From NCBI RefSeq assembly GCF_054482595.1, contig NZ_CM137008.1: a DNA stretch of 64,000 nucleotides. One strand, written 5' to 3'. This document shows positions 57,497 to 64,000 of the stretch, piece after piece (within the stretch, counting starts at the first letter, position 1; each line of letters opens with the position of its first letter). The notes below the pieces were generated by a model, which was not told the origin of the DNA, made no database searches, and worked only from the letters and a program-made list of their open reading frames with translations. The translations under genes were made by a program, and so were the position numbers.

Positions 57497-58006
57497 TTAG
57501 TTGCCCCGCAGCAGACGCATCATGTCTTCTTGCTTCTCGTCTTCTTCCTCTTCTTCGTCATCGTCATAAGAGAGGCCGAGTTTCTGCATCAACTCATCAA
57601 TACGATCCAGTTTAGCATCCACCCAGGATTGCTCTTCGGCGCTCAGGGTTTCGCCTGCTTCCAGACGTTCCAGCAGCGCATCCAGACGCTCATCCGTTTC
57701 CAGTAATTCCAACTCCGCCTGCGGTGAAAGCATAGGTTTCTCACTCTTCGGTTTGTGCTGTTTGGTGACTTTTTCAGTCACGCCCAATGGAATAGGGGTT
57801 TTACTGCCAATACGTGGATCTTTTGGTGCGTTCTGGCCTTTGCTGCCTGACGTGGTGTTTCCGCCCGCTGCGCGGCTGCCCGGCGCATGACCACGACGTT
57901 TTTTCTGACGCTTGCGATCACGAGCTTCCTGATCCAGCTCCTCGCGTGTTTTTCGACGCGCTTTTGCATGACCTTTGCTGCGTGAGTTTGAAGATGATGG
58001 TTTCAT
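57497..58006 (-). CDS. yihI: Der GTPase-activating protein
   Basis: 169 aa from [26 protein letters not shown]...; highly basic N-terminus, acidic C-terminus; ORF opens 21 codons upstream. Confidence 0.88.
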   Translation of the reverse strand: MKPSSSNSRSKGHAKARRKTREELDQEARDRKRQKKRRGHAPGSRAAGGNTTSGSKGQNAPKDPRIGSKTPIPLGVTEKVTKQHKPKSEKPMLSPQAELELLETDERLDALLERLEAGETLSAEEQSWVDAKLDRIDELMQKLGLSYDDDEEEEEDEKQEDMMRLLRGN

Positions 58007-58075
58007 AATGGTTCGTCTTTTAGCCGTTTTATTCAGTATAGATTTGCGGCGGAATCTAACAGAAAGCAAGCAAAG

Positions 58076-58320
58076 AAAAAAGGCGACAGATTACTCTGTC
58101 GCCTTTTTTCCTGACTCATAACCCTTAACGGGTCTTACAATCCTTGCAGGCCGCCAACACACCCTGTTTTTCCTTTAGCCGGAACAATCCGTGTTGATTC
58201 CATTTCCGTTTAATTACGTCTCCGGACGTTTGTCTTCCTGACAATCCTCTGTCTTCGCCTCCTGGCGCTCCTGACCCTCATCCTGAGTCATTGTTCCTGT
58301 TAGCGTCCTCGCTCTATGGG
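58076..58320 (-). ncRNA. csrC: CsrC small RNA (CsrA-sequestering)
   Basis: Minus strand reads AUAGAGCGAGGACGCUAACAGGAACAAUGACUCAGGAUGAGGGUCAGGAGCGCCAGGAGG...; more than ten GGA motifs; ends in hairpin AAGGCGACAGAGUAAUCUGUCGCCUUUUUU; no ORF. Confidence 0.85.
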
Positions 58321-58587
58321 TGCTACTTTACGCCTTTGCTTTAAACAAACAATCAACCGCCATCAGTATTTGCACATTTTCAGAGTTTTATATAAAAGCA
58401 ATTCACTGATTTATATAGCTTATTTGACATGCATCGCAGAATTTTCTCTGCTATTTCGCATAAAGACTATCGGCAATGTCTCACAAAGCGTATGGCTTTT
58501 ACTTACAACGCTCACGCCGAAAAATCCGCCTTTTATTATGGTTCAGGTATAATCGCCACAAAGCTTTGACTGACGGAGACGACCGCT

Positions 58588-59220
58588 TTGACTAATTTGA
58601 ATTATCAACAGACGCATTTTGTGATGAGTGCGCCTGATATTCGCCACCTACCTTCCGATACCGGAATTGAAGTGGCTTTTGCAGGCCGTTCCAACGCAGG
58701 TAAATCCAGCGCGCTGAACACGCTGACTAACCAGAAAAGCCTGGCTCGTACCTCAAAAACCCCAGGGCGCACCCAGCTTATCAACCTGTTTGAAGTGGCT
58801 GACGGCAAGCGTCTGGTTGACTTGCCTGGGTACGGTTATGCGGAAGTCCCGGAAGAGATGAAGCGCAAATGGCAGCGTGCGCTCGGCGAATACCTCGAAA
58901 AACGTCAGAGCCTGCAAGGTCTGGTGGTGCTAATGGATATTCGCCATCCGCTGAAAGATTTGGATCAGCAGATGATTGAGTGGGCGGTAGACAGCAATAT
59001 CGCCGTTCTGGTGCTGCTGACCAAAGCGGACAAACTGGCAAGCGGCGCACGTAAAGCGCAATTGAATATGGTGCGTGAAGCTGTACTGGCGTTTAACGGT
59101 GATGTGCAGGTTGAAACGTTTTCTTCGTTGAAGAAACAAGGCGTGGACAAGCTGCGGCAGAAACTGGATACCTGGTTTAGCGAGATGCAGCCTGTAGAAG
59201 AAACGCAGGACGGCGAATAA
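58588..59220 (+). CDS. engB: Ribosome-biogenesis GTPase EngB/YsxC (TTG start)
   Basis: 210 aa (M)[21 protein letters not shown]...; G1 motif GRSNAGKSS; ORF initiates at TTG with GGAG RBS; TATAAT-like -10 (GGTATAATCG) about 40 bp upstream. Confidence 0.9.
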
Positions 59221-59239
59221 TTTTCTTGCCTTAATGCTT

Positions 59240-59321
59240 GTGCCGGATGTGGCGTATCCGGCCCGTAAATTCAATAGATTACAATTCTACCGTTGGCCTG
59301 ATAAACATAGCGCATCAGGCA
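59240..59321. repeat. REP/BIME pair
   Basis: GTGCCGGATGTGGCGTATCCGGCCC and TTGGCCTGATAAACATAGCGCATCAGGCA. Confidence 0.75.
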
Positions 59322-59345
59322 TTACGGATCTTTTCTTTCGCCCAA

Positions 59346-59454
59346 TAAAAAACGCCCCAGTCATTACTGACTGGGGCGGCTAAAATATTCAGCCAAATCC
59401 GATTACGTGAAGTAAAAGGTCTGAAAGATAGAACATCTTACCTCTGTACCCTAC
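59346..59454 (-). ncRNA. spf: Spot 42 small RNA
   Basis: Minus strand reads GUAGGGUACAGAGGUAAGAUGUUCUAUCUUUCAGACCUUUUACUUCACGUAAUCGGAUUUGGCUGAAUAUUUUAGCCGCCCCAGUCAGUAAUGACUGGGGCGUUUUUUA with terminal hairpin plus U-tract. Confidence 0.9.
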
Positions 59455-59601
59455 GCGACTAACTTTACTCTTTTTTGTTCAGTTCAGAAAGCACTTTTTG
59501 TAATTTTTTTTCAGTTGTTGCATAGGAATTTCTAATAGCCATCACAAAACGTGACAGCTTATGTTGCTTACTTACGAAAAAAGGGCATGTTCAGGCGAAT
59601 C

Positions 59602-62388
59602 TTAGTGCGCCTGATCCCAGTTTTCGCCACTCCCCACTTCCACCAGCAACGGCACATCCAGACGGGTACAGTTTTCCATCAGTTGATGAATCTGCTTCGC
59701 GACGGCATCAACATCATCTTTATGAACTTCAAATACCAGTTCATCGTGTACCTGCATGATCATACGTACACGCGGTTGCTCAGCCTGTAACCACGCATCA
59801 ACGGCAATCATCGCCCGTTTGATAATGTCGGCGGCGGTTCCCTGCATTGGCGCGTTAATGGCTGCACGTTCAGCCGCTGCACGACGAGCACCATTGCTGG
59901 ATTTGATATCCGGCAGATACAGACGGCGTCCGTCCAGCGTTTCAACGTAGCCCTGCTCTTTCGCCTGAGCACGGGTGCGTTCCATATACTCCAGCACGCC
60001 AGGGTAGCGTTCGAAGTAAAGGTCCATGTACTTCTGCGCTTCTTTACGTGGAATGTTCAATTGCCGCGCCAGACCGAAAGCACTCATGCCATAAATCAGA
60101 CCAAAGTTGATCGCTTTCGCGCTACGGCGTTGCTCGCTGGTGACGGTTTCCAGTGGCAAACCAAACACTTCTGCCGCCGTTGCCCGGTGGATATCTTTTC
60201 CTTCCGCGAATGCGGTCAGCAAGCCTTTGTCACGCGAAAGATGCGCCATAATGCGCAGTTCAATCTGCGAGTAGTCCGCTGAGACAATCACATAATCCTC
60301 TGGCGCAATAAACGCCTGGCGGATACGACGACCTTCTTCGTTACGCACCGGAATGTTTTGCAGGTTAGGATCGGTTGACGATAAACGTCCCGTTGCAGTT
60401 ACTGCCTGGTGATAAGAGGTATGCACACGCCCGGTTTTCGGGTTGATCATCAGCGGCAGCTTGTCGGTGTAGGTCGATTTCAGCTTCGCCAGACCACGAT
60501 ACTCCAGAATCACTTTTGGCAACGGATAGTCCAGCGCCAGTTCTTCCAGTACCTCTTCCGACGTTGACGGCGCGCCACCCGGCGTTTTCTTCAGCGGTTT
60601 AATACCCTGTTTTTCAAAGAGAATGGTTTGTAACTGCTTGGTGGAAGAAAGGTTAAATTCTTCACCTGCAATTTCATGCGCTTTCTTTTCCAGCTCAGCC
60701 AGACGCAAGGTGAGCTCTTCAGAATGATTGTGCAGCACTTTCGGATCGATCTTCACACCGTTACGTTCAATGCGTGAAAGCACCGGCACCAGCGGCATTT
60801 CGATATTCTCGAAGACGTTCAACGGCCCTTTGTGTTTTTGCAGATCTGGCCACATTTTCAGATGCAACTGCAAGGTGACATCAGCATCTTCGGCGGCGTA
60901 ACGTCCGGCCTCTTCGAGGGCAATCTGGTTAAAGGTCAGTTGATTTTTGCCTTTACCCGCAATCTCTTCAAAAGTGATGGTTTTGTGCTTCAACCAACGT
61001 TCCGCGAGGCTGTCCATATCGTGACGCCCGGCAACGCTATTGAGAATGTAGGACTCCAGCATGGTATCAAACGCAATCCCACGCAGCTCAATGCCGTAAT
61101 TCGCCAGAATACCGCGATCGTATTTCAGGTTTTGCCCGACCTTCAGCGCCTTTTCATCTTCCAGCAGCGGTTTTAGCAACTCGAGTGCACGCTCGCGAGA
61201 GATTTGATCGGGCGCATCAAGATAATCATGAGCAACCGGAATATATGCCGCTACACCTGGCTCGATAGCAAAAGAAAGCCCGACCAGGTTAGCAGAGATG
61301 TTATCAAGGCTGTCGGTTTCGGTATCAAATGCAAATACCGGCGCTTTTTCCAGCTTCGCAATCCACGCTTTCAGTGTTTCTTCATCAAGGATGGTGACGT
61401 AGTTGTCATAAGAAATCACCGTTGCCGTCACTTCTGGCGCTTCGTCTGCAACACTGGTTTCCTGTGGCTTCGCGGCTGGTTTTGCCCCTTTGGCCTGTAA
61501 CCATTTGCCCGCTTCGACATCAGCAGTCCAGCGTTTGAACTCATACTTTTTGAACAGCCCCAACAACTCTTCCGCTGCCGGTTGCTGCACTTCCAGTTGT
61601 TCACAGGTCAGCTCCAGTTCAACGTCGGTTTTAATCGTCGCCAGCTGGTATGAGAGATAAGCAACTTCTTTGTTTTGCTCGAGCTTCGCTGCCATTGTTT
61701 TCGCGCCACGGAAGCTCAACCCAGCAATTTTTTCTGGCTCGGCATACAGCGTATCCAGTCCGCCAAGACCTTGCAGCAATGCCTGCGCGGTTTTTTCACC
61801 GACGCCCGGTACGCCAGGAATGTTATCAGAGGAGTCACCCATCAGCGCCAGGAAATCGATGATCAGTTCTGGCGGCACGCCGTACTTATTCACCACCTCT
61901 TCCGGTCCGAGGATGGTATTCGTCATGGTATTGATAAGCGTAATATTTGGCGTCACCAGCTGCGCCATATCTTTATCGCCAGTGCTGATCAGCACCGGAC
62001 GCCCGGCTTTTTCGGCTTCGCGCGCCAGAGTACCGATAACGTCGTCCGCTTCTACGCCAGAAACCGCCAGCAGCGGCAGTCCCATCGCTTTAACCATCGC
62101 GTGCAAGGGTTCGATTTGTGCACGCAGATCGTCCGGCATTGGCGGGCGATGTGATTTGTAATGTTCAAACAGTTCATCACGAAAGGTTTTTCCCTTGGCG
62201 TCAAAGACCACCGCTGCATGCGTCGGTTTATATTGCATGATCAGACTGCGCAGCATGTTGAGGACACCATACATCGCACCGGTCGGCTCGCCTGCGCTGT
62301 TAGTCAGCGGGGGAAACGCGTGATATGCGCGATAAAGATAAGATGAACCATCTACAAGGATAAGTGGATTTTGGGGGATCTGAACCAT
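59602..62388 (-). CDS. polA: DNA polymerase I
   Basis: 928 aa, [28 protein letters not shown]...; 5'-3' exonuclease, 3'-5' exonuclease and polymerase domains. Confidence 0.97.
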
Positions 62389-62511
62389 AATGTCCGTGCC
62401 TGTTTATCAGATTATGGGTAAAGGATGCCACAGACAGGATGAAAACATGAGTTTTTCACCGCTTTTCGTGAAAATCTTTTGTAGATCTTCTGGATCGCTC
62501 GCAAATCGTCA

Positions 62512-62520
62512 TGTGGATAA
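62512..62520. promoter_or_regulatory. DnaA box (TGTGGATAA) in polA upstream region
   Basis: Exact consensus 9-mer about 125 bp upstream of polA ATG; a second near-consensus TGTGGATAG at 62653..62661. Confidence 0.6.
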
Positions 62521-62751
62521 CTTTGTGCATAAATTATTTACATCGCTTTTAATTTATTATCATGCTTTTTACAGCATGATGTTTGTCTTTGTTTTTCATG
62601 CAGTTAAAAATAAATCCATCCCTAATAATTGAGATAATGGGATTTTTTCTAATGTGGATAGATATGAATTATTTTTCTCCTTAAGGATCATCCGTTATTT
62701 GGGTCGTTTTCTGCTAAAATCTGCGCCTTGCGCTTCTTTAGCGCACTGTCT

Positions 62752-63684
62752 ATGGCTAACCTTTTGAATCAATTCATTATGACGAGAATACTCGCTGCGA
62801 TAACCCTTTTGCTGAGTATCGTATTGACCATTTTGGTCACTATTTTTTGTTCCGTCCCGATCATCATTGCCGGGATTGTAAAACTATTGCTACCTGTGCC
62901 AGTCATTTGGCGAAAGGTTTCGCGTTTTTGTGATTTTATGATGTATTGCTGGTGTGAAGGTCTGGCGGTATTACTGCATCTGAACCCACACCTGCAATGG
63001 GAAGTTCACGGGCTGGAAGGGTTAAGTAAGAAGAACTGGTATCTGCTTATTTGTAACCACCGTAGTTGGGCAGATATTGTCGTACTGTGCGTGCTGTTTC
63101 GTAAGCACATTCCGATGAATAAATATTTCCTCAAGCAACAGCTGGCCTGGGTGCCATTTCTTGGCCTGGCGTGCTGGTCGCTGGATATGCCGTTTATGAA
63201 GCGTTATTCCCGCGCTTATTTATTACGTCATCCGGAGCGACGTGGTAAAGATGTTGAAACCACTCGGCGTTCTTGTGAAAAGTTTCGCCTGCATCCCACC
63301 ACCATTGTCAATTTCGTTGAAGGCTCCCGTTTCACGCAAGAAAAACATCAGCAAACCCACTCCACTTTTCAAAACTTGTTGCCACCAAAGGCGGCAGGCA
63401 TTGCGATGGCGCTAAATGTACTGGGTAAACAATTCGATAAACTGCTTAATGTTACGCTGTGTTATCCGGACAATAACCGTCAGCCGTTCTTCGATATGTT
63501 AAGCGGTAAACTGACGCGGATTGTCGTACATGTGGATTTACAGCCTATTGCCGATGAGTTACATGGCGACTACATCAATGACAAAAGCTTTAAGCGCCAT
63601 TTTCAGCAATGGCTGAACTCATTGTGGCAGGAAAAAGACCGGCTTCTGACGTCTCTCATGTCATCACAGCGTCAGAATAAGTAA
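62752..63684 (+). CDS. yihG: PlsC-family acyltransferase
   Basis: 310 aa from [21 protein letters not shown]...; acyltransferase HX4D-like motif (CNHRSWAD). Confidence 0.88.
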   Translation: MANLLNQFIMTRILAAITLLLSIVLTILVTIFCSVPIIIAGIVKLLLPVPVIWRKVSRFCDFMMYCWCEGLAVLLHLNPHLQWEVHGLEGLSKKNWYLLICNHRSWADIVVLCVLFRKHIPMNKYFLKQQLAWVPFLGLACWSLDMPFMKRYSRAYLLRHPERRGKDVETTRRSCEKFRLHPTTIVNFVEGSRFTQEKHQQTHSTFQNLLPPKAAGIAMALNVLGKQFDKLLNVTLCYPDNNRQPFFDMLSGKLTRIVVHVDLQPIADELHGDYINDKSFKRHFQQWLNSLWQEKDRLLTSLMSSQRQNK

Positions 63685-63724
63685 GTTTTACTCGCCTCTG
63701 AATGAGCAGAGGCGAGTGAGTATT

Positions 63725-64000
63725 TTAATGAACAAAACGTCCGGCACGAGACATAAATTCTTCTTCGCTCATCTCCTGTCCGTTAAAAACAACTTTACCC
63801 GGTGTATAACGCAGCTGCAGCGAGGCGGTATTGTTGTCAATCGTGATTAACTGAAACATCTGACCTAATGTCATCATCCCGCTGATTTGTTTATCAGCCT
63901 GCTTTTGCGCTTTTTCCGCATCCATTCCTTCAGATAAATTAAGCTGTTTTGCGGTTTCTGTGACGACATTAAGCGGTAACTTCACATCAAAATTGAGCGA
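63725..64000 (-). CDS. yihF: C-terminal fragment of a larger minus-strand gene running off the window; probably yihF by gene order
   Basis: Reading frame open to window edge; the track Met at 63985 is most likely internal; identity inferred from K-12 gene order, not from recognised sequence. Confidence 0.45.
   Translation of the reverse strand, partial: SLNFDVKLPLNVVTETAKQLNLSEGMDAEKAQKQADKQISGMMTLGQMFQLITIDNNTASLQLRYTPGKVVFNGQEMSEEEFMSRAGRFVH

Noticed and set aside
59455-59601. CRP site upstream of spf
   Set aside because: Spot 42 is CRP-regulated, but I could not identify a convincing TGTGA-N6-TCACA match by eye, so no site is annotated.
61670-62161. Two overlapping plus-strand ORFs (about 160 aa each) and others inside polA
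   Set aside because: Antisense to polA, overlapping each other in different frames; no RBS; shadow ORFs.
63725-63985. Complete 86-aa gene
   Set aside because: Frame remains open to the window edge at 64000; most likely the C-terminal part of a longer gene with the Met being internal.

Overview
This window reads as a contiguous stretch of Escherichia coli chromosome with K-12-like gene order, running (on the + strand) from pfkA to yihF. All gene and product names are assigned by recognising the translated ORFs and known E. coli sRNA/regulatory sequences from memory; no database search was possible. Gene order: pfkA(partial)-fieF-cpxP | cpxRA | yiiM-kdgT-sodA | rhaT | rhaRS | rhaBADM | frvABXR | yiiG | fdhD | fdoGHI-fdhE | yiiF-yiiE | toxin-antitoxin pair and esterase | yiiD-dtd-yihY-yihX | sulfoquinovose cluster yihWV / yihUTSRQPO-ompL | yihNML | bipA | glnALG | yshB | hemN-yihI | csrC | engB | spf | polA | yihG | yihF(partial). 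The six-frame track misses or misrepresents several real features: fdoG is one selenoprotein gene split by an in-frame TGA; three sRNAs (CsrC, Spot 42, CpxQ) and the 36-aa yshB are absent; rhaR starts at GTG and engB at TTG; and there are at least eight REP/BIME repeat blocks, including a 3.5-unit tandem array between rhaA and rhaD. The most interesting segment is the fdhE-yiiD interval (about 27.7-31.1 kb). It holds two paralogous orphan ribbon-helix-helix genes, a toxin-first HigB/HigA-like module with no intergenic gap, an HSL-family esterase, a candidate 30-codon ORF, and a 20-bp motif repeated upstream of three consecutive transcription units.
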